This document shows, piece after piece, positions 12,181-26,088 of a stretch of DNA of 64,000 nt. The notes below the pieces were generated by a model that was not told where the DNA came from, searched no databases, and worked only from the letters and a program-made list of their open reading frames with translations. The DNA comes from Vicugna vicugna (Eukaryota), in assembly GCA_013265495.1 (NCBI GenBank), contig MU059938.1, positions 3,234,349 to 3,298,348 on the forward strand, read 5' to 3'. How positions within the stretch are numbered: the first letter of the stretch is position 1; each line of letters opens with the position of its first letter. The position numbers were made by a program, and so were the translations under genes.

Positions 12181-13130
12181 CCTAACTTAACATCATGTAC
12201 ATTTGCCAAGGGGTTTGGGAAGAGAAAGGAAAATTTTTAAGTTAAAGTGTTGGGAAAAAAAAAAACCATCTTGGAAATCTGTCAGCCTGTTAAATCATCT
12301 TCGAAATGCTACAGGCCAACAGGAGAATGGGATTTTCTTTACAATCAGTTGATTTTGATTTACTTTTTAACGCTGCTTATGATCAGTTAAAAGAGGCACA
12401 CATTTAGAATTGCTATCTTATTTCTGTAAGCCCATTTGTCTTATTCTCAATAGGTTTACTACTTTCTAGATCTCATTTTCAAGACTAAATCCTTCAACCA
12501 AGTATTCAATTTATTTGGCTCTAGGGAGAGCTCTTTAACTGTCCCTGAATGAGTGTCCCTGCAGTACTGAAGTGGCCCCATGGCCAAGCAGCCAACATGA
12601 AGTTCTGCAACCTGGCCATCTTCTTGGCTCTTTCCCAAGTCTCCTGAAGGGGTAGGGCTCGGAGGCAAGCTGCCAAGGCCTAAGGCTGTGGGTATGTGTG
12701 TGCCTCTTCTGGCTTCATGGCCAGTATCACCAATAAACTGTTTCCCACTTTAACCCTTTTAAAATAAAGGTTTCTCTTGTTGGAGAAGTGAAGAGATGAC
12801 ATTCACTGTAAAACTATACTGCCAGAGAACACTAGTTTTACCCTTTAGAACGCGGAATGATTGTTTCCTCCAACAACTCTGAAGTCTGAGAGAAATTCAG
12901 CAGCACTGACATCAACCAGGGTCAACAGAGAAGAGGAATCTTGTCCTCTCTTCCTCTTTCTCTTCCAACTACAGGTATGTGTCTAGCCACCCACAATGTG
13001 ACCACAACTTCACTGGCGGAAGGGATCTACAATTCTATATATTTCTTGTCCTCCTTCAGGGACTACTGTCAGTGTCCTACAGGCAAACAACAGACTACAT
13101 ATATTTTTAAAGTTTCTAATTTTGTATGCA

Positions 13131-15511
13131 AATAAGCAGAAAAAGCTTTAGACAAAATTCAACATCCATGTATGATAAAAAACTTTCAACAAAGTGGGCA
13201 TAGCAGGAAAATACCTCAACNNNNNNNNNNNNNNNNNNNNNNNNNNNNNNNNNNNNNNNNNNNNNNNNNNNNNNNNNNNNNNNNNNNNNNNNNNNNNNNN
13301 NNNNNNNNNNNNNNNNNNNNNNNNNNNNNNNNNNNNNNNNNNNNNNNNNNNNNNNNNNNNNNNNNNNNNNNNNNNNNNNNNNNNNNNNNNNNNNNNNNNN
13401 NNNNNNNNNNNNNNNNNNNNNNNNNNNNNNNNNNNNNNNATACTATGTACAGAAAACCTCAAAGACTCCACCAAAAAACTATTAGAACTAATAAATTAAT
13501 TCAGTAAAGTAACAGAGTACAAAATTAATATCTAGAAGTCTTGCATTTCCATGCACTAACAACTATTAGAGAGAGAAATTAAGAAAACTAGAAAACCATC
13601 TCATTTACAATTTCATCAAAAAGAATGAAATATCTAGGAATGAATTTAAGCAAGGAAGTGAAAGACGTGTACTCTGAAAACAATAAGACATTGAGGAAAG
13701 TAATTGAAAGTGACACAAATAACTGGAAAGATATACTGTGCTCAGGGACTGGAAGAACTGACATTGTTAAAATGTCCATAGTACCGNNNNNNNNNNNNNN
13801 NNNNNNNNNNNNNNNNNNNNNNNNNNNNNNNNNNNNNNNNNNNNNNNNNNNNNNNNNNNNNNNNNNNNNNNNNNNNNNNNNNNNNNNNNNNNNNNNNNNN
13901 NNNNNNNNNNNNNNNNNNNNNNNNNNNNNNNNNNNNNNNNNNNNNNNNNNNNNNNNNNNNNNNNNNNNNNNNNNNNNNNNNNNNNNNNNNNNNNNNNNNN
14001 NNNNNNNNNNNNNNNNNNNNNNNNNNNNNNNNNNNNNNNNNNNNNNNNNNNNNNNNNNNNNNNNNNNNNNNNNNNNATTTATGACAGAAGAGGCAAAAAT
14101 ATATAATGAGGAAAAGACAGTCTCTTCAACAAATGGTGTTTGGAAAACTGGACAACTGCATGCAAAAGAATGAAACTGGACCACTTTCTTACATCATATA
14201 CAAAAATCTCAAAATAAGTTAAAGACATAAATGTAAGACCTGAAACCATAAAACCCCTAGAAGAAAACAAAGGCAGTATGCTCTTTGACATCAGTGTTAA
14301 CATTTTTTTTTTTGGATATGTCTCCTCAGACAAATGCTACAAAAGCAAAAGTAAACAAATGAGATTACATCAGAGTAAAAAGCTTTTGCATAATAAAAGA
14401 AACTATCAACAAAATGAAAAGGCAACATACCGAATAGAAGAAAATATTTGCAAACAGTAGATCTGATGAGGGGTTGATATCCAAAATATACAAAGAACTC
14501 ATATAATGCAGTACCAAAAATAAACAAACAACCTGATTTAAAAATGGGCAGAGGATCTGAAGAGATATTTTCCCAAGAAGACAAATGCATAGCCAAGAGG
14601 CCCTTGAGAATGTACTCAGCATTAGTAGTCACCAAGGAAATGCAAATCAAAACCACAATGAGGTATCTCCTCACACCTGTCAGAATGACTATCATCAAAA
14701 AGACATGAAACAATAAGTGTTGGTGAGGATGTGGAGAAAAGGGAACCCTTGTGCACTGTTGATGGAAATGCAAACTGGTGCAGCCACTATGGAAAATACT
14801 ATGGAGGTTCCTAAAAAACCTGAAAATAGAACTAACATTATGATCCAGCAATTTCACATCTTAAGTATTTATTCAAAGAAAAAGGAAGCACTAATTTGGA
14901 AAGATATATGCNNNNNNNNNNNNNNNNNNNNNNNNNNNNNNNNNNNNNNNNNNNNNNNNNNNNNNNNNNNNNNNNNNNNNNNNNNNNNNNNNNNNNNNNN
15001 NNNNNNNNNNNNNNNNNNNNNNNNNNNNNNNNNNNNNNNNNNNNNNNNNNNNNNNNNNNNNNNNNNNNNNNNNNNNNNNNNNNNNNNNNNNNNNNNNNNN
15101 NNNNNNNNNNNNNNNNNNNNNNNNNNNNNNNNNAATGTGGATGGACCTGGAGGGTATTATGCCAAGTCAAATAAGTCAGAGAAAAGCAAATACTATATGA
15201 TTTCACTTACATGTGGAGTGTAAACAAACAACCAACCAAACAAACATAATAGAAACAGACTCATAGATACAGAGAACAAACTGGTAGTTGCCATGGGACA
15301 GGAGGGTGGCGGGACAGATGAAATAAGTGAAGGGGATTAAGAGACACAAACCTTCAGCTCCTAAAATAAATTAGTCATGGGGATGTAATGTGCACATATA
15401 GAATATATTCAGTATTGCGGTGGTCTTTTCATAATGCATAAAAATATTGAATGTTGTACGCCTGAAACTAATATAATACTGTATGTTAACTGTAACTCAA
15501 TTAAAAAAAAA
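13131..15511 (+). mobile_element. 5'-truncated L1 LINE (ORF2 RT and C-terminal region plus 3' UTR), degenerate, with three masked blocks
   Basis: Translated pieces GIAGKYLN...ILCTENLKDSTKKLLELIN and KYLGMNLSKEVKDVYSENNKTLRKVIESDTNNWKDILCSGTGRTDIVKMSIVP match L1 ORF2p. Frame breaks and stops are present. Ends with an L1 3' UTR and ctcaattaaaaaaaaaa. Confidence 0.97.
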
Positions 15512-15804
15512 AGAGGAATCCAGGGTTTCTCCAGCTTCCCATTTTGCCATCTTTAATGTGTCAGTAAAGTCTGCAGTAATGCTACAACATGGATACACCA
15601 GCTCCAGGCATTTTGTCATCACATGACCCAGCCAAAAGCAAGAAGAAAGAGGAGCCATAACAGCTTCTGTCTGTGCCACTCTCTTTCTTATTAATAAGGA
15701 AAATTGTCCCAGAACATCCCCCACTGCCAGCATTCTCTTTACATTTGACCAGGAGTGGGTAAATGGCTACCAGTCACCAGCAAAAGAGGACACCATGACC
15801 ATGA

Positions 15805-16281
15805 TTGGCTATTCTCCAGAGAAACAGAATTAACAGAGAAAAGAAAAATTTATGTAATTATATATATTTNNNNNNNNNNNNNNNNNNNNNNNNNNNNNNN
15901 NNNNNNNNNNNNNNNNNNNNNNNNNNNNNNNNNNNNNNNNNNNNNNNNNNNNNNNNNNNNNNNNNNNNNNNNNNNNNNNNNNNNNNNNNNNNNNNNNNNN
16001 NNNTCGCATCTGAATCTCAGGGTGGAAGGCCAATGTCTCAGCTCTAAAACAGTCAGTCAGAGAGAGAGAACTTCCTCTTACTCTGCCTCTTTGATCTAGG
16101 CAGACCATCAATGGATTGAATGAGGCCCATCCACACTGGGGAGGGCCATCTGCTTAACTAAATCAACTCATTCAAATGCTAAATCATCTCATCCAGAAAC
16201 ACCTTCATAGATACATCCAGTTCAACAAAATATCTGGGCACTCTGTGACCAAGTCAGGTTGACACAGAATTAACCATCACA
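15805..16281 (-). mobile_element. MLT2-family (ERVL) solo LTR
   Basis: ctccagagaaacagaattaacag...gcccatccacactggggagggccatctgc...gttgacacagaattaaccatcaca; the reverse complement begins TGTGATGGTTAAT, the MLT2 start. Confidence 0.9.
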
Positions 16282-17139
16282 TTGGCTTAGACTAAGAAAA
16301 ATCCATCAGAGCTGAGCCTACTTTTCTTAGCATGTCATTGCTCAATACACAAACAGAATCTGGATTGTGTTAGCAAGAAAGAAAGGTGGGATATTGGATA
16401 GGCCATGCAAAAGGTAGTATCTTTTACAGTTGTTTTTGTGTTTATGAAAATTAAACTTTTAAAAGTGGGTTAACAAATTTGGATGATAGCCGTATGATTA
16501 TCTCTCTGGGTTATCATAAAACAAGAATAAATGGCATTTTGGGGGGATCATTTGGGTATGGACAAGCTTGGGTCTCTCGGAAAATCTGTTGGTCTGGGTC
16601 TAATTGCTTTTCAGGTCTAGAGGGTATCTAGCTTTTTGAGCACACCCTCCCTCATCCCTCTTTACATATTTAAAGTACAATAAAGGTTATTTCTTTAAAA
16701 GCGATTTCAGTATTATCCATGTATCTTCCATTTACCTTCACTCAGAAAAAGCTTCTTTTTGCCAAGGTAACTTGGACTCTGCAGCAGGCTTGAGTCTACA
16801 CCTGTATCTGTTTCTAGAATCGTCACTCTTTCTGTGCCAATATCCTCCTTTCCAAAGCATCCTCTTCCAATTTTATCGCCTGTTTCCAAAATGAAGGCTG
16901 GAGGTAAAAGTCAAGAAGAGCTGAATTTCCAGATGACTGAGGAATAGTAGAAAGAAATAAAATTCTACAAGTAACGTTGATTTGTTTGCTTTGTTGGGGT
17001 AGTAACACCTCCTCCCACTGAAGAACAACCTTATAATTCCATTGTGAGGAGAAAACAAAGGCAAAAACACAGTATAGAGTCATAACCTTTCAGTAACTGC
17101 TACTTGTTATGTCTTACTATTATCCTGATAATAAGAAAA

Positions 17140-17520
17140 ATACTATTTTTACAAATTATATGTTATTATAGAAAAATACATAATGTAAAATGCATGATAA
17201 GGAAAGAAAGAAAATGCAGATAAGGAAAGAGATGATAAAAATAACCCGAAATTCCATTATCAAGTGATAACCAGTGTTAACATTTCCTCATACACACTTC
17301 CAGTATTTTCCCATTCATATGCATACATTTTAAAATAAGAATGAGATCATATTGGACCATTCTATTTTGCAATTGAAATTCTCTCCTACAATATCCTTCA
17401 CACATTATTCCGTGTTGAATATACAGTTTTACTGCATGATTTTTTGTTTATAAAGTTGTTTCACATTTTGCTCAAGCAATCCCCTATTGGATGTTTAACT
17501 TATAAAGACATTTCTACATA
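17140..17520 (-). mobile_element. Old L1M (L1ME-like) 3' fragment
   Basis: AT-rich gataaccagtgttaacattt...aatgagatcatattgg...ttattccgtgttgaatatacag...aatcccctattggatgttt resembles an antisense L1M 3' UTR. Confidence 0.5.
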
Positions 17521-19402
17521 AAGAGGAATACTCTAGTTCAGAACTTTGCAATATTCAGAGTTTTCCATACTCCGGTGCTCCCCGTTTATAGCCATGTCCC
17601 TGGTTCCAGCAACTGGGGAACTCATCATCCCAGAGCATTCTCCTGATTTCTTGGAACCCCTTCTTCCTTAGGGTGATATTATTAGTTGTGTATGAACTGC
17701 TCTTATCCTCAACTAAATTTTCCAAAGGGTCAGGAGGATTGAAGACCCATCCCCTGCCAGCTGCTCCATAGTAACTCTGAAGGCAAAGTCAGGGGAGCCT
17801 GGCAAAATGCAACACTGTTAGCAGTGTTCATAGAGTTTCTAGAACAAGTGCTTCTAGAAACCTGGATGGCGTCCTCTAAGCCCCAAATTACAAATGGCTA
17901 GTCCAAAGCCATAGCAACCCTTGCTCCATTCAACAGCTCTTCCGAGCTACCCTCTAGAACCACCCTAAATTCTCCTCTTCCATCATACCATTGGAGCCAA
18001 ATGCAGTTTTTAATCCTAGGAGCCTTAGTGGATAGATTTACGTAGATATATTTTCACTAACAAAACTGTAGTATGTGTCTGGGTGGTTTCATAATATGGC
18101 CGCCTATCGATCAGTACATATTTATTGTGGATCTGGGGGTGCAAAGGTTACCTGTTATGCATAGTATATATCATGTTAACTAATCAGAATTACACAGTTT
18201 TATCTAAATAATTTCCACATTGACAAAATTGGCATTTTCATCACCTATTTATAGCCTCCTCTCCTTTTAATGGTCTTATTTCTCTTTCTAAGATTTCTTA
18301 TGAGTATTAAAATAATAGAAGTCAAGCCCCTAGCTCAGTGTCTCATAAAGAAGGCACTCAATAAACATTTCCTTTTCCGCTTCTGCTTTGCTACGATGTT
18401 ATGTCTTACAAAGCATCTTGATGTACCTCATTCATTTGGTCTTTTTGACCCCGAGAGGGAGGTGTCATCCTCTATGTCCATTCTATATACGAGAACGCAT
18501 TGAAATCTAGCTGTTAGTCCTGCCTCCTGTTTTAGATTACAAATGATTTCAAGACCAGTACTTTCCCTGTGTTTCTTTCTCTCAAATAGCTCAACGAGTC
18601 AGGTTTCAATGGAGGACACGTGGCAACGGTGAGAATGTTTTTTTCTATCGAAATCCACCTTAAACGGAGGTGGTTGTTGTTTCTCGCCTCCAGAAGTCCT
18701 GCTGCTGATAGAAAANNNNNNNNNNNNNNNNNNNNNNNNNNNNNNNNNNNNNNNNNNNNNNNNNNNNNNNNNNNNNNNNNNNNNNNNNNNNNNNNNNNNN
18801 NNNNNNNNNNNNNNNNNNNNNNNNNNNNNNNNNNNNNNNNNNNNNNNNNNNNNNNNNNNNNNNNNNNNNNNNNNNNNNNNNNNNNNNNNNNNNNNNNNNN
18901 NNNTTTAAATAGCTGAGATGAAACTGTTCGAGCTCTAATGTTACAACAGCTGTTTCTCATGTCCTGGAATATAATTGGTTGGTCCTGAGGTTTTGAAATT
19001 GTAAGAAATTGACTTTTGGTTTTATGCTTGCCTACTTTTGGTGAAGAGAGAGATGGGAAATGTTAGCTTTCCCTTGAAATGAAAAGACAAAACCTTCCCC
19101 CAGTGAAATGGCAGCTTCCGGGTCTCATCTGTATAATTTTCCTTCCCAGCCCACTGTCTCTGGGTTTGCTGGATAACACGGCTGGGAAAGCAGGACCATT
19201 CGAGCTTTCCTCCTAATTAGCTCCCAACCCAGCACAGCTGGTCAAAATGCGTCGGGGCTTTCCCACGAGGGCCTCTTTCTGGAAGTAATTGTGAAGTGGT
19301 CTGGTCTCCAATGGCAAATTCAATAGGGATTGGAGACCATAACGATCCTAGATAATTTGTAGAAAGGAGATTCTATTATCTCAATGTGTTTATTGCTCAG
19401 GG

Positions 19403-19588
19403 AAGTTGTTCTCAAAGCGTTGTCCCCGGATCAGCACAGCAGTATCACCGGGGAACTGGTTATGCGTGCAGATGCCCAGGTCCACCCTAGACCTGAATCA
19501 GAAACTCTGGAAGGGGCTCATCCGGAGATCTGTGGTTTAACAAGCTTTCCATGAGATTCGGATACAGCCTAAACTTTGAGAGCCACTG
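19403..19588. mobile_element. MER5A DNA transposon
   Basis: gttgttctcaaagcgttgtcccc...atcaccggggaactggtt...gaatcagaaactctgg...tttaacaagc...tttgagagccactg. A second MER5-like piece lies at about 19815-19900. Confidence 0.85.
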
Positions 19589-21369
19589 GCTTAAAGTATA
19601 ACCAGGCTTTCCTGGTTTGTGACGGCCCACTACCAGCTTATCTACTGTTTAACCTCCGTTAGTGTCTCAAGGAATAAAGCCTCTGGCAAGTGCACACTCC
19701 TTTATACCAGCCTCCTGAGAGCGAGCTCACTCCCTCACTCGCTGCCTCTCGCTTTCTCTTGCTCATTTCTGGAGTTGTAGGGCCCTGCCTCTCCGCCTGT
19801 AATGGACACACGAATCACACGGAGGTCTTGTTAAAATATAGATTCTGATTCAGCATGTTAAGGGTGGGGCCTGAGAGTCTGTATTCTTACAGGCTCCCTG
19901 GCTGGTGCAGAGATCACAGAGAAATGGCTGGAGAAGTGACTGGAGGAGCTGGCAGTCTATGTGTGAAACCAAGTAAACACAAGAGAAAACTACAAGCAAT
20001 TCTAGAGGACGTGCCAGTTGATCAGCACGAGGTGAGAGACGTAAACAATGAATGTTGTAGGAGTTTATCAGGTTGGGCTTTGAAGAGGCTTGGACAAGAA
20101 TCTCTCTTTCCAGTGCACAAAGGTTCTTAGTATCTGCTTTCTTCCTCCTTGTGTCCCCAGGACCCTCGCTCCTCCTTCACCCTCTCCCCCGCACAACACC
20201 CTCCTCTTTCCTTTCTGTCCCCTTCCCCACCCCTACTTTGTTCACCGGCCTGGTCCTTTCAATCTGAAGCTGGCTTCTTTGTTGATGCTCGCATCAATTC
20301 TCAATAACTGAAAGGCTGGAACCAGTACCACAGCTATGGAACGGACCCAGTGGGAAGTCACAGGGTGGAATTTAATGGGAAGACCTAACTTCACCACCAA
20401 GAGAAGGTTTTCCCGTTGCAAATCCAGATGCTCACCAATGAGTTCTGATTTCCCTGGTGTTCTCTAGCCAGTGAGCTATAGCTTCTCCATCCTTTAAGAG
20501 CTTTCGTTAGGTTGGAAAGAAATCAACTGTGCGTTGGATTTTCCCAGCGGCTTCCAGACCGGCAAGGTTCCTTTAACCTTTGGAAATGGCTTCGAAGTTC
20601 CCTTTGGGAAAACCTGGCAGTATGCACAGCTGATCATCTTTGCTCTTGCATCTGACTCCCCTAGCCCAGCTGCAGGGATGTAAATTGAGGGAGGAACCGT
20701 CACATTGATGGCTGTTGTGAAATAATGGCAGAAGACTTCAGGAGATGTGAAAAATAAAGCAAAAGTGTGATCAGTGAGCAGAAAGAAAACCTAGGGCTTC
20801 CTGTTTCTTTCTGTTTCTTTCTGTCTCCTCTACCTGCCCCATTTCTCTGGTAACAAGGGTTCTTCCTCCACCAGAATGTGTGTCCCCATCTCCCAGTAGT
20901 GCTTGTCACTGCCCTACAGACATTGAGTTATGCAGATGGTAGAAGAAATACTAGTTTAATTGAAGAACTAAGGTTTTCCTCCTGGGCTGTGTTCTTATGC
21001 TCTACAAGTTCACACAACAGATATTAAGAATACACATGAGGGGTGGTTGCAGAAGCAGCAGAAAGCATTTCTCTTGCACTTAAGAGCTAACTTCTTTCCT
21101 TCTTGTGGAGCAAAGATTAGAGAGGAAAATTAAGTATCAATATTAGGCAGGACGGGTCAACAAGAAGAGGTGTGGGACAGACACCTGCTTGGAATGGAGG
21201 AATCAGGAACAGGGTGAGAATGGAGGTGAAACTTGATTCGAGCCTTAAGCGATAAGGAAGGAGGCAGCATGGTGTCATGATGAGAGCATGGGCCTTAGGA
21301 TGTGTGTCCCGTGTACCCAACTGTGAATGAGTGACTTGGGCCGGCCGCAGTGTGTAGCAGCACCGCACA

Positions 21370-21600
21370 GGTCAGGAAATAAGGGCAAGAAATAGAAACC
21401 ACTCAAGGTATTTCAAGCAGAATAGGATTTGAAGTAGGGAAATAAGTGGCTACAGAATTGGAGGAGGGTCGGCAGGAACTGAAGATGGGGCCACCCCCTA
21501 GGCTTCAAGGCTTCTCTGGCACCTGCCACCTCCAGTCAAGGAGATGTAGGAGAGGACTTCCCCCACCACAGCTGCTCCGCAGCCTCACACACATCTCAGC
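21370..21600 (-). mobile_element. Old MaLR-type LTR fragment
   Basis: agaaaccactcaaggtatttcaagcagaataggatttg resembles the ends of old MLT1 subfamilies; subfamily not resolved. Confidence 0.45.
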
Positions 21601-22789
21601 CCAGACCAGCTTCCCTGGTCACTGCTCCCATTTGATGAGAGTGTGCATCAGCCAACGCCAGCCCTGAAGAGGATAGTCCCCCTCCTTTCCACTTTCTAAT
21701 CTCACGAGAGTACATCCCACCGGCAGATCCAAAATTGCACCTAGATTTAACAGCAAGGAGAGACTGGGGAATGCAGTTTTTAGCTTTCTGCCCATGTGAT
21801 AGAAGGCAAACTGGAGGTAGAGGTTGTAGAAGTGGATGCTAACAGTTCTAGTATAAGTATCAAGTGCAGTGCAGAGAATGAAGAAATGCCAGTCAGTGGC
21901 TGAGGAACAAGTCACATTGGGCGAGTGAAGTCAGTCCAGAGATTGGTGTCAGGGTTTTGGCAGATAATAAAAAAAATGTTTCCTTTAAGCTAAAGGGAAG
22001 TCCAGTGACAGAGGAAGATGACTGTCACATGAAACTAGCACAGAAAGAAATGTAACTGCATATTTCTCCCATTCATCCAATGAAAACGAACCACAGTTTT
22101 CTGCCTGGCTCGAAGAGTGCAAATCATATCACAGCTTGTTCATTCCCTGAAAGTGGACCCCCTAGCTTCCTCCTGCTTACCCACCAAAAGGCTGAAGCCC
22201 ATTTTCTGTTAGCAATCTTTCAGACTCTATCAGCTGGACCTTCCCCTTCCTGCTCAGCCCCCGAGGGTGATAAGCACATTTTCCAGCAGCTCTGGAGTCA
22301 CGGCTGCTTACAAAGCCTCTGCCAAACTAAACAAGTCCAGCTGGAAGGCGCTGCCTCCAAGCCCTCCTTCCTCCTTCCCTCCTCCCAGCTGAAACCACAG
22401 GAGCTTTTGAACCTCATGACCAGCAGACATGAGCTGAAGCAAGAGAAGCAAGTCTCAGTTCCCTAGGGAGGAGCACAGATCTATCAGAAATGGCCCCAGG
22501 TCTCTTCTTTCACAAACCTGGACACCCTTGAAAATGGCCCAAGTGAAGCAGAAGAATAGACGATACGTGACGTGGAAGAACTGTACATGATACTGTAAAA
22601 TGAGAGTGCAGCCAGAAGTTCTCACTCTTAACCTCAGCATACCCTCCAAAACCCGGGAATTTGCCTGCCTGATGTATGGCCTTTTCCTGGTGGCTAGAAC
22701 AGTATCTGGAACGTAATAGGCAAGACTCTTGTTGAGATGGAGGGCACTGTGATGCAGAGAAGTCAGCACTCAGCAAACATTGTGGCCCT

Positions 22790-23148
22790 TAGTATTTGCA
22801 CCCCCGGCTTTCTGTAGCCTCTTTTGCAGCTTGGTTGATCTGTATGGTTAGTTCTGGCCAATAGGCTGTGAGTGGAAATGACATCTGTCACGCCTAGGCC
22901 AGAGCAGTGAAAAGCTCGGAGCTTTCTTCATCTTTCTTTTCTTCCCTGCAGCAATGTTGGAAACCGTGTCTGGATTAACAAATTCAGAGAAACACTCTGA
23001 ACCTCTGAGTCACTGGAGGCTTCCCTCTGCCTCACAGAGCTACATCAGATTTTATATGAGAGAGAAATGAAGTTTTGTTGGGCTAACTCATTGAGGTTTC
23101 AGGGCTTATCTGCTATTGCAGCATATCCTAGACTATCCTGACTAATAC
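22790..23148 (+). mobile_element. MLT1-family solo LTR
   Basis: gttctggccaataggctgtgagtggaaatgacatctgtcac...gcagcatatcctagactatcctgactaataca, the canonical MLT1 3' end. Confidence 0.85.
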
Positions 23149-24479
23149 ACATTGAGTCATTCGTACATTAATTCAAAAGATATTTATCGAGCACTCCAGA
23201 GAGTTAGTCACAGGGGCATGAGTGAATTTAGAGACTGGCATAAAAGATAAGAAGCCATAGAAGCAAATTCTAAGAGACTGTGAAATTCAAGAGACATTGT
23301 TAACACTTAACTGATTCAGGTTTTATGAAGAAGGGATTCCAGTAGTTCTTTGTACAGTGGAGCAGAAATCCTGGGTAATTTGACTGCCATGTGCTTAGAG
23401 AAGACTCAAAACTGAAAGCAACTCTTTACATCTTTATGTGCCTTACATTTCACCAAGGCCGCCACATGCATGAGCCCGTTAGATTCTTCTCTACAGTCCT
23501 GTGAGGATAGCAGGTACGACTGTTGCTATTTTACCATCATGGAAAAATAAAGCGTAGGCAAGGGAGGGCCAGATAGCTTGTTAGTGACAGAATCTGGCCT
23601 CACACCAACGTCTTCAGTTTGAAGTCAATCATCTATATAGCAAGCTGCCTCCCAATACACAGTCTGATGTCTAACTTTCCATGATGCAAAAATACAAGTG
23701 CAAGCACTGAGATGTAGGTTAAGGAGACAGGAATGAGGTCCAAAGAACTCTGGTGAATAAATTTGACATAAAGAGCAAGAACATTAGTTCTGATTTAGTG
23801 AGTAATGGGACCCGTAGGGACCTTAAATAGAACATCATCATACATACTTTATCTTTGCCACGCCACCTGACTCCATGACAACTATTAAAGACGCGAGCAA
23901 GAAAAATAAAGACCAGATTTGGACATTCTGATGTAAAGAACCAAGCCCGAGGAGAAGAAGGAAGAAGGGCTAGTTTGAGTCATGGTCCTGAACATGGTCC
24001 TTAGTGACTGTTTCTGGAAAATAGCCCCTCCCTGGGGCAACTCTCGCTGGTATATGTCCTTGGATGACAACTCCAGCTCATCACACCATGAAACAATGCC
24101 TCTTTAGGCTCAGCAGCTGATAGCCACGTAAATCTTGGACCCCCAACTAAAGATTCCCACTATATCTAAATATATATATTTGAAAGTTTTAGAAACACGT
24201 AAAAACTTTGGCACCCGATTAGGAAAGTTCTTGCAAGTCAGCTGCAGAGGCCATGCATCTCTCACAGGTCCTCAAACCTCTTGTTTCCACTGCCAGAGTT
24301 AACAAATGTTAGAAGCAGGCTCTGACTAGCCAACGATGCATAAGCCATGAACTGAAATGACATTAACCTTTTAAGAATCAATCTCGGCATTAATTTTGCA
24401 TCCAAATCCAACTTTTATCTCCACGCAGAGTCTATTTCAGCAACTTTGCTTATATTCCTCTAGAAGTTTCCTCTTGCAG

Positions 24480-24586
24480 ATTCCAGACCAGAGTGTCTGC
24501 TTCCTGATCTCTGTTTCTACAACAAATTCAAATACTCCTATATTGGCCCTTACCGCTGACATGAATGCTTGGCTGTCTTTGTGCAG
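24480..24586 (+). other. Candidate internal exon (107 nt) of an unidentified + strand transcript
   Basis: Acceptor tttcctcttgcag|ATT and perfect donor CAG|GTAAGT in non-repeat sequence. No expression data. Confidence 0.35.
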
Positions 24587-25802
24587 GTAAGTTCATTGAT
24601 GGCACGGACCATTGATGTATTCTATATTTCTGATTCCTGCAGGGCCAGGCAAAGAAGTGGGCTGCCTGATGAATATATCTATTATGTATATAAGTGACTA
24701 ATATCCTGTGTCATATAGCTTCTAGGGGAGAGACAGAGAGAGTGAGGAAAGTGAGGGAAGAGGACGCATGTTTCAACTTGGTCCGCCTAGAGCACAGATC
24801 CAGAGATTTGACAGAAGGATGAACAATCCATCACAGGCACGGCCCAGCACCTGTTTATTGCCAATCTCATTAAGGAAGTATGATGGGGAACCTTTTCTGG
24901 TTGAATAACTTACCTTATACTACTTGTATAAACTTTCCTATGAACATGACACCATGAAACTCATGACATTTTTAAAAAGTGAATTCCCAAAGGCTGACTT
25001 GCATTATGTGATTTGGGAGCACAGTCAAGACCTGTGATTACCTGTACACCCGACACTGAAAATTACCTGTGCTGGGCAAAGCCAACAGACACACGGTACC
25101 TAAGAGTTCAAATCCTCTTCCTTTTAGATAATGTGCTTTGCAGAACTTCTTATTTACAGAATTAGTTATATAGGATTCCAAATCAATTTATATAAACATT
25201 TTGTTCACAAATGTAATAAACACTTGACTGTGGAATGAGGACTATTTTTAAAGCCAAAAGAGAACAAGAGGGTTAAGCGCATGCCAAACTCTTATTTCAC
25301 ATATAAGGAAACAGAAGCAGAAATAACCTAAATGACTCACCAAAGATCACACTGTCTATGGGTATTGGAGGCTGAATTAAAATGTGGAACTTATGATGCT
25401 GACTTGCGCCCTTCCTGCCACATCACAGGGTCCTGTGTGAGGGAGGCCCACCTGCTGGTGAATTGCACCATAGCCACCTTCTTCTATCTGTAATTATCAA
25501 GACCCGGGCTGAGGAAGGACAGTGGTGTTTTTCTAGAAATGTGGAAGGTAGACCTCAGAGGATCTACAGGAAGGAGGGGTCAAGTTGAACCTGTAAGAAT
25601 TAATCTCCAACTTTCTTGGCAAGGTAAAGGGGCGAGTGGGCCACGCAGAGAGGAAAGGGTGTAGAGTCCAGAAGATGAGACAATATTCTAAAGTGCTATG
25701 GAACACATAAAGCAGGAAAATCTGGGGAGGACCGAGGTCTCTGCACAGTCATTTCCTGGATCCTCTGGCCTAGATTATAGCCCCTAGTTTATAGGTCCTC
25801 TT

Positions 25803-26088
25803 GTGTTTCTGTCCTGTGGCTGCTATAAAAAATTATCGTAAACATGTTGGCTTAAAACAACAGCAATGCATTCTCACAGTTCTGGAAGCCAGGAATCCCC
25901 AATCAAACTGTTGGTGGGGTGCATTTAGGGGCCCACTCAGATAACCCAGACTAGTCTCTTCATTTTAAGTTTCTTAGCTTAATTATATCTACAAAGACAC
26001 TTTTTTTCCAAATAAAGTTACATTCATAGACACCAGGGATTTGATGCAGATGACTTTGGGAGAGGGGGCAGTTTTCTGGCTCACCACA
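25803..26088 (-). mobile_element. MLT1-family solo LTR with internal deletion
   Basis: ggctgctataaaaaattatcgtaaacatgttggcttaaaacaacagcaatgcattctcacagttctggaagccagg...acaaagacactttttttccaaataaagttacattc. Confidence 0.85.

Noticed and set aside
12459-12668. Minus-strand ORF ...LEPNKLNTWLKDLVLKMRSRK
   Set aside because: Protein-like by eye, but it has a TTG start, no clear splice context and no recognisable homology.
13131-15511. Active or intact L1
   Set aside because: 5'-truncated, with stops and frameshifts in ORF2; no TSD found.
13148-16111. Long ORFs containing X runs (also near 18.5, 46.9, 50, 55.8 and 60.3 kb)
   Set aside because: Artefacts of translating through N masks. The only real signal is degenerate L1 ORF2.
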